A stretch of 64,000 nucleotides of DNA from positions 1 through 64,000 of the forward strand of contig CAWHCF010000021.1 of assembly GCA_963827655.1 (NCBI GenBank), given 5' to 3'. Source of the stretch: an uncultured Acidobacteriota bacterium (GTDB lineage: Bacteria > Acidobacteriota > UBA6911). The notes below the pieces were generated by a model. That model did no database searches. It saw only the letters and a program-made list of their open reading frames with translations, and was not told where the DNA came from. Shown one piece after another: positions 9,683-19,831 of the stretch; positions within the stretch are counted from its first letter, which is position 1, and each line of letters opens with the position of its first letter. The position numbers were made by a program, and so were the translations under genes.

Positions 9683-12600
9683 TCAGAAGCTGATGCGGAG
9701 GCCGAAGCGGAACTGGCGCTCGTCAGGCCTCGCGCTGGTTATGCTCATGAAGTTTCCGGAAGACTGGAGACTTCCATCGGGGTTGAAGGTCATATTTGAC
9801 GCGTTCGCGCCCGGGTTGTTGAAGTGCGGCGTGTTGGTGAGGTTGCTGGCGTCCGCTCGGAATTCAATCTCGACATCTTCCGACATGCGGAAAGCGCGGA
9901 AGAGGCCGAAATCCACGGCTGCCGAAACCCGGTCCGCGCAGGCTGTTCCGGCCGACGTTACCGCAGCGGACCTCGGTCACCTGCCGGAAGGCCAGCGGGT
10001 CGAAGAAAGGAACGCCTACTCCGACATCGCCGAGTTTTTTCACTTCGGACAGGACCTGGTCGGCGACCTGCGTGGTGGCCGACAGGCGAATTGAGAGACG
10101 TGCCATTCGCGGTGACGGTGAAGGGTGTTCCGCTATAGGCGCTGAAGATTCCATTGACTTGCCAGCCGCCGAACACGGCCTTGCTGAATCCCTCCTGGGC
10201 CCAGCGCCTGTTCGCGCCGAACGGGAGTTCCCAGATCCAGCCCGACTTGAACATGTGGGTCCGGTCGTAATCCTGAATCGCTCGTTGCCGGTGCATGACC
10301 GACGGGTGGGTAAACGTGCAGCAGCCCTCGCCGCTGTTTGCGTTGTACCCGATCGCCTTCGACCAGGTGTAGGAGTTCTTCATGAATAGCCCGCCGCTGA
10401 ACCGGCGATCCACGGTTGCCTGCAAGGAGTCGTACAGAGAAGTCTGCCAGGGGGAGTGCAGTCCGGTGCTGGCGGTGCGCCCGAATTTCTTGTTGAATTC
10501 CAATCCGGCGGTCCCTCCACCTGCAGGCGCAGTATTGAGTTCGATGGTAGCGAACTGGTGGATGCTGCGCGTTCCCACGTAGCCCACCGATCCAACCAGG
10601 TTGAGCGGGAGCTGGTGCTCGTAGGTAAAGTTCCAGGACTGGATGTAGCCTCGCTTGAAATCTCCCTTCTCTATGGTACGGGTCCCTATCGTCGGGGGAA
10701 TATCGATGATCCCCGAGGAAAGATCCGGGCGCTGACGATCGGAGGTATTCCCGTGGCGAGCGTGCCGCTATACTGGCGCGAGTTCACGGCGAGGTGATCC
10801 GAGAAGATCACGACCGGATAGGGAGAGCGGAGCGGCCGCGCCGTCGGATAGGGATCGACCGTGATCCCGTAACCGGCGCGGAGCACGGACTTGTCCGTCA
10901 GGCGGTAGGCAAATCCCACGCGCGGCCCAAAATTCAGCATGCTGGTGGTAACGCCTACGTTATCTTCCACGCCACCGAACCGGCCGAGATAGACTTTGTT
11001 CTCATCCAGGTCGTAGCGCTCGATTCCGGAGTGAGCGCGGGTCATGAGCGGGTAGTACTCCCAACGCACACCCAGGGTGAGGGTAAGCTTCCGGCTGAAC
11101 TGCCACCGATCGCGGAGGTAGAGACCGATCAGCCACTCGCGCGTGGTCATGGGGTCGTAGTTCTGCAGGGCCGTCCCCATGTTGTCGGTGAAGCCAAGCA
11201 GGAATTGCGCGAGACTGTTGTACCGGTTCGTTCCCGGGCCGCCGACCGTAGTGGTCGCGCCGCCTCCGAATCGAAGGTTGCCTCGCGCGCTGCGGCCGCC
11301 GAGCTCCGGCTGCCAGTGATTCATGTGCTGGCGGGCGACATCCATGCCGAAGCGGACATCGTGCTTTCCTTTCGACCAGCTTGCATTCGTCGTGTAGGTC
11401 CAGCTGTTGTCCCGGCGAAGCACAGGGCTCCAGGTCTCCGTATTACCGATGGGGGCGTAATTGGAAATAGCAAGGATCGGGAAGCCGCTCTGGCGGGGGT
11501 CCGGTCCGTTCGTCCCGGGGATGCCGAGAACGTCCGATCCGATGTTGGTCCCGTAGTCCACTCCTTGCGTCGTGTGGTAGTAGCGGCTGAAACCGATGGT
11601 GCCGTCGACCAGAAACGTGGGAGAAGAAACAAAGGTGGTGCCCAGGGTCGCTACTTGCACCGTTGTGATCGCATCGCCTATGCCCCCGCAGAGGCCGTCG
11701 CCAATCGCTTCCTTCAGCCTCGGCTCGCAGTGGGTGAATGCGTTCATACGGCTGTACTTCGCCCAAATGGTATTTTTCGGAGACCGGACCCAGTCGACCT
11801 TGAAATCATAGTTGTCCCGATTGAGTACGCCCGGCCCCGAGGCGTAGTAGTTGTCCGCATAGCCGGGAAGGTTCGGGAGCGGGACCAGCGCCATGACCTT
11901 TGCGGCGATGGGACTGATCCGGTTGGCAGGGATAATCGAATCAACGAACTCCGTCCGGCCTGCCCCGGCGATATCGCCCGTCAACGGATCAAAAAGGCGC
12001 GCGGCCACATCCCTGAAATCCCCGGCCTTGTGCTGAGCGGTAGGGACGGTTATCAATGCCGAGCCATTCTGCCTTTGACGCAATCCTTCAAAACTCGAGA
12101 AGAAGAACAGCTTGTCCTTCACGATCGGGCCGCCCACCGTGCCGCCGTACATGTTGAGAATGTTCTTCGGATTATCGTTGTTCGGAGGAATGAAGAAGGG
12201 CTTGGCGCGCAAGCTGCTGTTGGTGTGGTGTTCGAAAAGCACGGCGTGGAATTCGTTGCTCCCGGTTTTTGTCTGGACTGTGATCGCCGCGCCGCCCGCC
12301 ATCCCCTGTTCAGCATCGAAGTTGTTGGTGGAGACGCTGACGGTCTCGACCGACTCCGACGGGGAGATATAGAGCGCGTGGTGGGGCAACCAGGTCAGCA
12401 CCGTCGTTGCGCCGTCGAGACGCGTGTTGTTGCTGTTACGGGCGGTGCCGTTGACATTCGTGGTGAGGGCGAGCTCCGGGGTGTCCGCAACTGCATTCTG
12501 GAAAGCGGAAGGCGTGACGCCCGGAACCAGATCGAGCAGGGTCTGGTAGTTCCGGTACTGGTTGAGCGGGAGATTCGTGATTTCCTTGGCGCTGATCTCC

Positions 12601-13055
12601 TTGCTGACATCCGTCTTGTCGGTCTGAAGCGGCGTCGCTATCGCCGCCACGGTGACGGTTTCAGCGAGACTTCCGACATTGAGCGTCGCATCGACCCGGG
12701 TGACGTTGTTGATCGTTACCTGAACATCCGTCTGCGAGAATTCTTTGAATCCCGTAAGACTGACCTTCACGGTGTACGTTCCCGGAAGGACGTTCGATAC
12801 CGTGTAGGCACCCGACTCGTTCGTGATGGTCTCGCGGGAAACGTTGGTTTTCGGGTTAACGATGGTCACCGTTGCTCCAGGCACAGAAGCCTGGCTGGTG
12901 TCCTTGACATTTCCCACGATGGTGCCGTACAGCACTTGCGCTCCGACCGGCTGCGCCAGAATGGCGATGCCCAATGCGGCGACGCAGCAGATTAAACCGA
13001 GATTTTTGCGAGAGCGCACACTTCGAGCGCGGTTGATCCTGAGAGTTGCCTGCAT
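9683..13055 (-). CDS. Oar-like TonB-dependent receptor with N-terminal carboxypeptidase-regulatory-like domain (about 4 frameshifts near 10720, 10590, 10080 and 9916)
   Basis: 'YGTIVGNVKD.SQA.VPGATVTI', 'LPLNQYRNYQTLLDLVPG', 'KTGSNEFH', 'LTLGVRWEY', 'NFGPRVGFAY' and C-terminal 'RQFRFGLRISF'. Confidence 0.92.
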
Positions 13056-13166
13056 GAGCAGCCTCCTTCGAAAGGCTAGTTGGGTGTGGATCCCGTGATG
13101 GGCGCGGATTGTACGCAAAGGGACCAGCAAAGTCAAGTCAATTTGCGAGATCCCGGCAACTAGGCT

Positions 13167-13200
13167 TAAGACACGAATACCACGAAGGACGCAAAGACAC
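13167..13200 (+). repeat. Nonamer-arm repeat
   Basis: aagacacgaataccacgaaggacgcaaagacac. Confidence 0.65.
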
Positions 13201-13213
13201 GTTGCAGGCCGCG

Positions 13214-14663
13214 CTAGGTCTCCTCGGCGCGGGAGGTAGACTCTACGGACCGGTGGATCCTTGAGGAGGCGGCGCGTCTTCGGATCGAAAGCCATCACCT
13301 TTCCCTGCCGGTAGGAGTCCACGCCGAGCTTGATGGCGACCATCACCTGGTACCCCTTGAGGACATCGTAGACCGGCTGCTGGCGGCTGCGCATGCAGTC
13401 AAGCCAGTCGTCAATCAGGTCCGGCCGCTCGCCCGGTTCGATGCGGACTTCGGTCTTGCCGTCGTTGGCTTCCTTGAATTCCTTCTGGAAGGTCCGTTCC
13501 GCTTTGGCGACTGCCACCGTGCGGGCGCGCCGGCGCGGACCGCGCGCGTTGTCGCCCTGCCCGCGGTTCGGGTCATTCTCGAGCTGCTCGGTTACGATCT
13601 CGAGTGTTCCCCAGTTGCCGAATACCGAAAGCGGAGCTGACGTGGAGTTCGCCATGCACGAGATCATGTTGATGGTGTAGTCTCCCGGGTACTCCGCAAG
13701 GGTCATGTAGGTGTCGGGGACCTCGCGGTTCTTCTGGACATAGATTCCGCCGGACCCGACGACGCGGGTTGGAAACTCGAAGCCAAGCATTGTGCTCATC
13801 GTGCCCAGCCGGTGATACAGCAGGTCCGTCGCATTGCCTCCGGAGTAGTCCCAGAACTTGCGCCAGCGGAAGTAGCGTTCCTTGCTGAACGCTCGCTTCG
13901 GCGCCGGCCCGAGCCACATCTTCCAGTCGAGGTTGCGCTGGCTCACCTCCGCCTCGGGCCAGTGTTCGCTGCCGATGCCCGGTATCGGGTAGTCCCACAT
14001 TCCCTCGTTGGTATTCCGGTTGTAACTGATCAGTCCCCAAAGGACCTTCCCGATTTTTCCCGACTGGATATAGTCGCGCGCCTTCCAGTTGAGATCGTCG
14101 CTCGGGCCGCTTCCGCCCACCTGCAGGATCCGTTCGGTCTGCTGGACCAGGTCATTGAGCTTGGCCGCCTCCTCGATCGTGTAGGTCATCGGTTTCTCGA
14201 GGTAGACGTCCTTCCCCGCCAGAAGGGCGTCGCGCGCCATAAAAAAGTGCCATTGATCGGGGACGGCGATCACGACCCCGTCGAGCTCAGGACGCTGGAG
14301 GAGCTCACGGTAATCGCGAAATGTATGGAGCGCCTTGGTCTTCTCCTGACCGTGCTTCAGCCGAGGATCCCAGACGTCGCAGACGGCAAAGTACTCGAAA
14401 TCGTTCTTGTTCTTTTTGCGGTTGTCAAAGCCGCGCTGGAGCAATCCCAGGAACTGCATCCCGCAGCCGATGAAAGCCACATTGATACGGTCGTTCGCGC
14501 CAAGGACTCTCCCTTTCGCGCGCGGCACCGGCTTGGCGGCGAAAGGAAAAGCCTCGCGGCGCGACAGCAGCGCCGTAGTTGCCGCGATTCCGGCAGTCCG
14601 GTTCAAAAATTGACGGCGGCTGGATTTCTTCACATCCTGCGTCCCGGGACTCTCTTTGGTCAT
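13214..14663 (-). CDS. Tat-exported Gfo/Idh/MocA family oxidoreductase
   Basis: 'SRRQFL' Tat motif, 'GANDRINVAFIGCG', 'AGKDVYLEKPMT' and 'FRWRKFWDYSGG'. The likely stop TAG 13214-13216 is missed because of an indel near 13228. Confidence 0.9.
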
Positions 14664-14729
14664 GACCCTCCTCCATGCAAGTATATTGCCGGCGATTGTA
14701 CTCCACCCGGCCGGGCAGCGGCCGAAAAA

Positions 14730-14768
14730 AATACCACGAGGACTCCAAGACACGAAGAAACACCAAGT
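14730..14768 (+). repeat. Nonamer-arm repeat
   Basis: aataccacgaggactccaagacacgaagaaacaccaag. Confidence 0.8.
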
Positions 14769-14789
14769 ACTTTGCCGACCGGAGGAAAC

Positions 14790-15530
14790 ATGTATCGACT
14801 GACCGCCTTGGCTCTCATTGCGCTCACATCCGCAATTTCGACCGCGACAGACGCTCACTGGAATTCGGTCGCGACCTTCTCGATTCTCGGGTTCGATCCC
14901 GCCACGGGAGAGATCGGCGGCGCAGTGCAATCCCGAGTCTTTTCGGTCGGGAACGGCGTGCTCTGGGCGGAAGCCGGCGTCGGCGCGGTTGCCACGCAGG
15001 CGATCGTCGACGTGAGCTACGGGCCGCAGTGCCTCGAACTCCTGAAAAAGGGTATGCCGCCGGAAGACATCATCAAGCGCGTGTGGGAGAAGGATCCGGA
15101 CCCTCGAGCGCAGAACTGGTCGAAGCAGGGTCGCCAGTTCGCGGTGATTGATTCCAGGGGGCAGGCGGCCGCCTTCACCGGCCCCAAGGCCAGTCCCTGG
15201 GCGGGGCACCGCTACGGAAAGTTCTGCACCGCCCAGGGAAACATTCTGGCCGGTGAGGAGGTCGTGAACGGGATGGTCAAGGCATTCGAAGATACAGAAG
15301 GGCCCCTGGCTCTGCGGCTGCAGGCCGCGCTCGAAGCGGGGCAGACCGCCGGCGGCGACAAGCGCGGAATGCAATCGGCAGCGCTGCTGATTGTAAGGAA
15401 GGACGGCGGCCCGTGGCTCCACAATGACGTGGTCTTGCGACTCCAGGTGGACGACAGTCCGGAGCCGATCAGGGAGCTTCGCCGGCTGGTCGAGAAGGCG
15501 ATCGAGCAGCGGCGTGGTTCGCGCAAGTAA
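14790..15530 (+). CDS. DUF1028 family Ntn-hydrolase-like protein with signal peptide
   Basis: 'ATFSILGFDPATGEIGGAVQS', 'GAVATQA', 'AQGNILAG' and 'GGDKRGMQSAALL'; GGAGG SD. Confidence 0.9.
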   Translation: MYRLTALALIALTSAISTATDAHWNSVATFSILGFDPATGEIGGAVQSRVFSVGNGVLWAEAGVGAVATQAIVDVSYGPQCLELLKKGMPPEDIIKRVWEKDPDPRAQNWSKQGRQFAVIDSRGQAAAFTGPKASPWAGHRYGKFCTAQGNILAGEEVVNGMVKAFEDTEGPLALRLQAALEAGQTAGGDKRGMQSAALLIVRKDGGPWLHNDVVLRLQVDDSPEPIRELRRLVEKAIEQRRGSRK

Positions 15531-15536
15531 CCACCG

Positions 15537-15572
15537 AACAAATACCACCAGGACGCGAAGACACGAAGAAGA
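15537..15572 (+). repeat. Nonamer-arm repeat
   Basis: aacaaataccaccaggacgcgaagacacgaagaag, between convergent genes. Confidence 0.8.
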
Positions 15573-15584
15573 ATCTTGCGGGGT

Positions 15585-16035
15585 TCAACGCCGGTAGTTG
15601 AGCGGAGGTCTTCCTGACTGACTCTTCATTTTAAGGGTCAGCGTGGCTATGATTTGTTCCAGCTGTCCCGGGTCACCGGGCTTGACCATATAACCTTGCG
15701 CGCCGGCTGCCATTGCCTGTGCTCGTGAGGTTTCGCGCGCGTCGGCCGTAAGAAAGACTATTGGAGTGGTCGAGTCGAAGGTACGGATCTTGCGGCACAA
15801 TTCAATACCTTCGCCGTCCGGGAGCCATCTATCAATCAGGTACAGGTCAAACCCGACACTTCGGGCATACGTAAACGCCTCGGCCACGGTACCCGCCCCC
15901 ACCACCTCGTAGCCATCCTGTTCCAGGAGAACCTTCAGCAAGGCAGAAGTATCCGCATGATCTTCAACACAGAGGATGCGCTTATGGGGACTGGTCGCGA
16001 AGCGACGTCACGGACGATGTCTGTTCCATTTGCAT
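15585..16035 (-). CDS. Single-domain response regulator (CheY-like; 5' frameshift)
   Basis: 'KRILCVEDH', 'FDLYLID..LPD..GIELC', 'PIVFLTA' and 'YMVKP'. Confidence 0.85.
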
Positions 16036-16138
16036 CTCTCAGGGGGGAAGTTCAGCGAAACTGCGGACGGCATGCGCCCGATTGATCACGCCTCGCCGCC
16101 GCGTTGAATTGTTCGATTCGTATTCTAGCACACCGGGC

Positions 16139-16220
16139 CAGGATTTAGGATCAGGATTTAGGGATCCGGGACCTCCTCCAGACCACCAGGGCTGGATCCT
16201 GAATCCGATCCTGAATCCTA
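16139..16220. repeat. Heptamer-arm palindromic repeat element (copy 2)
   Basis: caggatt/taggat arms facing gatcctg/aatccta arms; core CCAGACCACCA. Contains the stop codon of the M23 gene. Confidence 0.85.
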
Positions 16221-17102
16221 GCTTCTGACTCCTAACAGCGTCATCGGGTTGAGCGTCACACGACCATAGCGCGCGAGCCAGTGGAGGTGGGGACCGGTAA
16301 CGCGGCCCGTGGCTCCCACGCGCCCGATAATCTGCCCACGCTCAACGCGATCACCGGTGGCGACGTCGGTGCGGCTCAGATGCAGGTATCCGGTTACCAG
16401 ACCGGCGCCATGATCGATATAAACCACGTTGCCGCCCAGGTAAAAGTCGTCCACGAGCGCGACCACGCCTCGATTCGGCGAACGCACCGGCGAGCCCTCG
16501 GCGCCCGGAAAGTCGACTCCCATGTGACGGCTCTGAATGACGCCGTTGAACTCGCGGCCATCGCCGAAGCCGCTCGTCACCCGCCCGGGTCGTGGGCTTA
16601 CGAAGGCACCGTGCCAGAGTTGCTTCGTCTCATGCGACCGGCGACTGACCTCAAGGGCGCGTTCTGACTCAGCCTTGATGCGCGCCGCGGTTTCGGGGTC
16701 GGGTGGCTTCCCGAACTTCGGAGCAACGCTCAGTTTTTCCATGGAGTATTTTCCCGGTTTAACCGGGATTTCGATGGTCAGTCTCTCGGCCGGCGACCCC
16801 GCACGCTCGATTACCAGCGGTACCGTGACGGTCTCTTTCGCGTCGATAGGAATCCCGGCTAGAGCCCGAAGAATCGCGGGTCCCGCGGGCATAAAATGCA
16901 AGGGCTCGCCTGCCAGCTCTCCCTGTACATTCACTGTGGAGTCTGGCGCAACAAGACTCACCTCCAGCTGAATGAACGAGCCCTGCAGGGGCTCTTCCGG
17001 GAACCAGCGCGCGCTCAAGGATGCCAATTGGGGCACCGGCGCCGAAGCGATGAGCAGGAGATGAGTGCTACAGGCCAGTAGACAAACGAGGAGTCTTCGC
17101 AT
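16218..17102 (-). CDS. M23 family metallopeptidase
   Basis: HMGVD and HLH zinc motifs, 'GRVGATGRVTGPHLHW'; signal peptide. Confidence 0.92.
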   Translation of the reverse strand: MRRLLVCLLACSTHLLLIASAPVPQLASLSARWFPEEPLQGSFIQLEVSLVAPDSTVNVQGELAGEPLHFMPAGPAILRALAGIPIDAKETVTVPLVIERAGSPAERLTIEIPVKPGKYSMEKLSVAPKFGKPPDPETAARIKAESERALEVSRRSHETKQLWHGAFVSPRPGRVTSGFGDGREFNGVIQSRHMGVDFPGAEGSPVRSPNRGVVALVDDFYLGGNVVYIDHGAGLVTGYLHLSRTDVATGDRVERGQIIGRVGATGRVTGPHLHWLARYGRVTLNPMTLLGVRS

Positions 17103-17243
17103 CACGGTGAAATAGTTTGACAGATCCCGGCAGCGGTCAAGAGATTCTCGAGAACTATCACGATTTCGACCAGGAACTTGAGTGATCCGCGACCATGCAA
17201 CGGCTGGATCCAGCAAAACCTGCGGCGCGCAGCCAGCCCGGAC

Positions 17244-17638
17244 CTACCAGATTGTCCGCAGCAGTGCGCTCCCTTGCAATCGCTGATCTTTCGTCACTAG
17301 CGCCAGGCCATGGACACGTGCGGTTGCCGCGATGATTCGGTCGGCAGGATCTTTGGTAAAGTCGGGTGGAAACTGAAACGCCATCGCAGCGATCTCGGGG
17401 CTTAGATCGAGCACCACAAGTCGCGGGCGCCGCGCAAGCTCTTTCAGGAATGCTTCGATCGACCCGTGCACGGTGACGCGGCGCCCATCGATCAGAAGGG
17501 CGATTTCCCAAAACGTAATCGAGGCGATGGAAACGCCGTCCTCATTCATCGCCCGCCCGATAGCGCGCCCGCGGCCCTCGACAGTCTTTCGGGTCTCAAG
17601 GTGAGGATGAGGAGGGCATTGGTATCAAGGAGGATCAC
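17244..17638 (-). CDS. vapC: VapC-type PIN domain toxin (frameshift near 17560)
   Basis: GTG start 'MILLDTNAL', 'SIASITFWEIA', 'DPADRIIAATA' and 'LVTKD'. Confidence 0.85.
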
Positions 17639-17689
17639 GGGGCTGCGTGGGAAAAAAAAAAAAAAAAAAGAAAGAAAAGAAGAGGAGGA

Positions 17690-18001
17690 TCACCGGCGGC
17701 TCCGCCGGCGTTTGCGCACGGTCCTGCGGCCGATTCGGAGGGGTATCCGCGTTGAGTTCGTCCCATTCTTTGAGACTCTCCCACGCCTCGAAAGGAATCG
17801 CAGGATTAATGAGTCGCCCGTAATCGAACCTTTGTCGCGCAGGCAACCAAAGATGCTTTCCTTAGGCTTGCGCTCCACAGGGACAAGCTTTGCCACCTCC
17901 TTGCCCCTCTTTGTAATGACAAAGATCTCGCGCCGCTCGGCTACGCGGTCCATCAACTCCAAACACCTGGCCTTGAACTCTGTCGCTGGAATCTTGCCCA
18001 T
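17690..18001 (-). CDS. Phd/YefM family antitoxin (frameshift near 17812)
   Basis: 'IPATEFKARCLELMDRV....IFVITKRGKEVAKLVPV'; directly upstream of vapC. Confidence 0.88.
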   Translation of the reverse strand: MGKIPATEFKARCLELMDRVAERREIFVITKRGKEVAKLVPVERKPKESIFGCLRDKGSITGDSLILRFLSRRGRVSKNGTNSTRIPLRIGRRTVRKRRRSRR

Positions 18002-18014
18002 CGCTCTCTCACTA

Positions 18015-18054
18015 AACTGGTCAGATTATACTGACCAGTTGGCTCGAGCGTCAA
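18015..18054 (-). promoter_or_regulatory. Sigma70 promoter of the TA operon with an overlapping operator palindrome
   Basis: Minus-strand TTGACG (18054-18049), 18-nt spacer, TATAAT (18030-18025). The -10 box is the loop of a perfect 10-bp inverted repeat AACTGGTCAG/CTGACCAGTT. Confidence 0.85.
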
Positions 18055-18174
18055 CACGCGACCCAACAGACGGCGCTCTGCGGGCGGATTGGCGCATCAA
18101 CCTCATCCGGTCGTGAAATTCCGGCGACAACTCTTTCGAGTTGAAGGTAGTGTAGTATACAGAAGGTGAAGTAA

Positions 18175-18401
18175 ATGGCACGGAAAGCAATAACACCTTG
18201 GAACAGGCACTCGCTCTTCCTCATCCAGAACCAGGCGATTTCGTCTCGAATCTCAACGAGACGAATCAGCGATTCTCAAGGATTGAAAGCGAACTCGAAC
18301 AAATCAAGGCAATTCTGCTACGGCATGAACAGACTCTGAATACCCTACATGAAGCTAGCAGAGCTATCAGAGACAAGATCGGATTCACGCCGCGTCCCTG
18401 A
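18175..18401 (+). CDS. Small coiled-coil hypothetical protein (probable 5' frameshifts)
   Basis: ATG at 18175 after GAAGGTG; heptad-like 'RFSRIESELEQIKAILLRHEQTL'. Confidence 0.55.
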
Positions 18402-18648
18402 CAAGATCCTGGTAGCCCATCTCCGCAAAGCAAACCTGGCAACGGGAAACTGCAGTTTTCGGTAATGCGGCTTCCACGGAACGGTCGGAGACAATCAGGG
18501 ACCTATTCGTCCTTCATGGAGCCGCCTATGAGGGCGATCAGTTTTCGAGTTCAGTCTTCTGTGCCCCGCCGTCAATTCGTCTCTACCCTGGCAGATAAGT
18601 TTCCGGCAGCCACAGACTGGCCGTCAAGAATACCCAGTGCAGGCGAAT

Positions 18649-19758
18649 TCAGCCGCTCAATCCGTCACCCTGGTTTCGTGCTTCTTGTTCTCCGCTCCAG
18701 GTTCGTCCGCGCGGCCCCACGTACACGCTCTGCGGACGGATGATGCGGTTCGCGCGCCGCTGCTCGAACCCGTGCGCGACCCAGCCGGCAACCCGGCTGA
18801 TGGCGAAAGTGGGCGTGAACAGGGCGACCTCCAGGCCGAGACCGTGCAGGAGAAGGGCGGTGTAGAACTCCACGTTGGTCTGCAAATTCCGGCCGGGCTT
18901 GTACTCGCTCAGCAAACGCAAAGCCACCGACTCGACCCCACGCGCGAGCTGGTAGAGTCCCATGTCGCCGCCCCCGCGAAACATCCGCTCGGCCGCGATG
19001 TTCAGCACATCGGCGCGCGGGTCTCGTACCTTGTAGACGCGGTGGCCGAAGCCCATGAGCTTCTCACCCCGCTCGAGCTTGTCGCGCAGAAATGACTCGG
19101 CGCGTGACACATCGCCGATTTCGAACACCATATCGAGCGCCGGTCCCGGCGCGCCGCCGTGCAGCGGCCCTTTCAGGGCGCCGATCGCGCCGCTGACCGC
19201 AGAGACGAAGTCGGATCCGGTAGAGACGATCACACGCGCGGCGAATGTTGATGCGTTCAGTCCGTGGTCGACGACGGTATTGAGATACGTCTCCAAGCCG
19301 CGCACGCGTTCGGGGAGCGGCACCTCGCCGCTCAGCATGTAGAGATAGTTCGCGGCGTGTCCCAGGTCCGCGCGCGGGGCGATCGGGTCGTGGCCGTGGC
19401 TCAGACGCCAGTACGCGGCCACGGCGGTGGGAAAGAGTCCCACGATATTCCTGGCATCGTCGGCGTCGTTTCCGCTGCTTCCGCGCAGCGACATGCGAAG
19501 AGCGTCCATCGCGTCGACCCGCTCGGCCGCCGCCGACGCAAGCAGCTCCAGCGTTGACTGCGGGAGAGCGCGCCTTGACGCGAAATCGACCGAGTCATTC
19601 CACAGCAGCGCAACCGCCTCTTCGAATGTGGCGTTCAACGCCAGTTCGGCGACGGGATAGCCGGCGATAATGAGCTCGCCGCGTTCGCCGTCGACCATGC
19701 TGAGCGTGGTCTTCGCCGCCACCACCCCTTCCAATCCCTGGTTGACCATCGTGTCCAT
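18649..19758 (-). CDS. Citrate synthase / methylcitrate synthase family enzyme
   Basis: 'GLEGVVA', 'DHGLNASTF', 'GPLHGGA', 'MGFGHRVYK..DPRA' and 'TNVEFY'. Confidence 0.93.
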   Translation of the reverse strand: MDTMVNQGLEGVVAAKTTLSMVDGERGELIIAGYPVAELALNATFEEAVALLWNDSVDFASRRALPQSTLELLASAAAERVDAMDALRMSLRGSSGNDADDARNIVGLFPTAVAAYWRLSHGHDPIAPRADLGHAANYLYMLSGEVPLPERVRGLETYLNTVVDHGLNASTFAARVIVSTGSDFVSAVSGAIGALKGPLHGGAPGPALDMVFEIGDVSRAESFLRDKLERGEKLMGFGHRVYKVRDPRADVLNIAAERMFRGGGDMGLYQLARGVESVALRLLSEYKPGRNLQTNVEFYTALLLHGLGLEVALFTPTFAISRVAGWVAHGFEQRRANRIIRPQSVYVGPRGRTWSGEQEARNQGDGLSG

Positions 19759-19790
19759 GTCGTCAATGTAGCGACACCATGCGCTGATCG

Positions 19791-19817
19791 TCAATATTGA
19801 TTGTATAATCAATCAAT
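19791..19817. promoter_or_regulatory. Divergent promoter with operator-like palindrome ATTGATT-GTAT-AATCAAT
   Basis: Inverted repeat at 19796-19813 overlapping TATAAT (19804-19809); extra TCAAT half-sites nearby. Confidence 0.65.
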
Positions 19818-19831
19818 GTTACCGTTCCAGC

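Noticed and set aside
10794-12995. Long antisense ORFs (also 23284-25260, 49193-51151, 55068-56957)
   Set aside because: They are shadows of real genes on the opposite strand caused by GC-rich codon bias, with no recognisable motifs.
13812-14789. N-terminal 326 aa of the 572-aa DUF1028 ORF
   Set aside because: It is antisense to the Gfo/Idh/MocA gene; an SD and signal peptide support the start at 14790.
10686-15548. 1620-aa ORF suggesting a giant oxidoreductase-TonB receptor fusion
   Set aside because: It joins the antisense of DUF1028, the Gfo/Idh/MocA gene and the receptor, and reads through two intergenic repeats. A probable indel near 13228 hides the TAG at 13214-13216.
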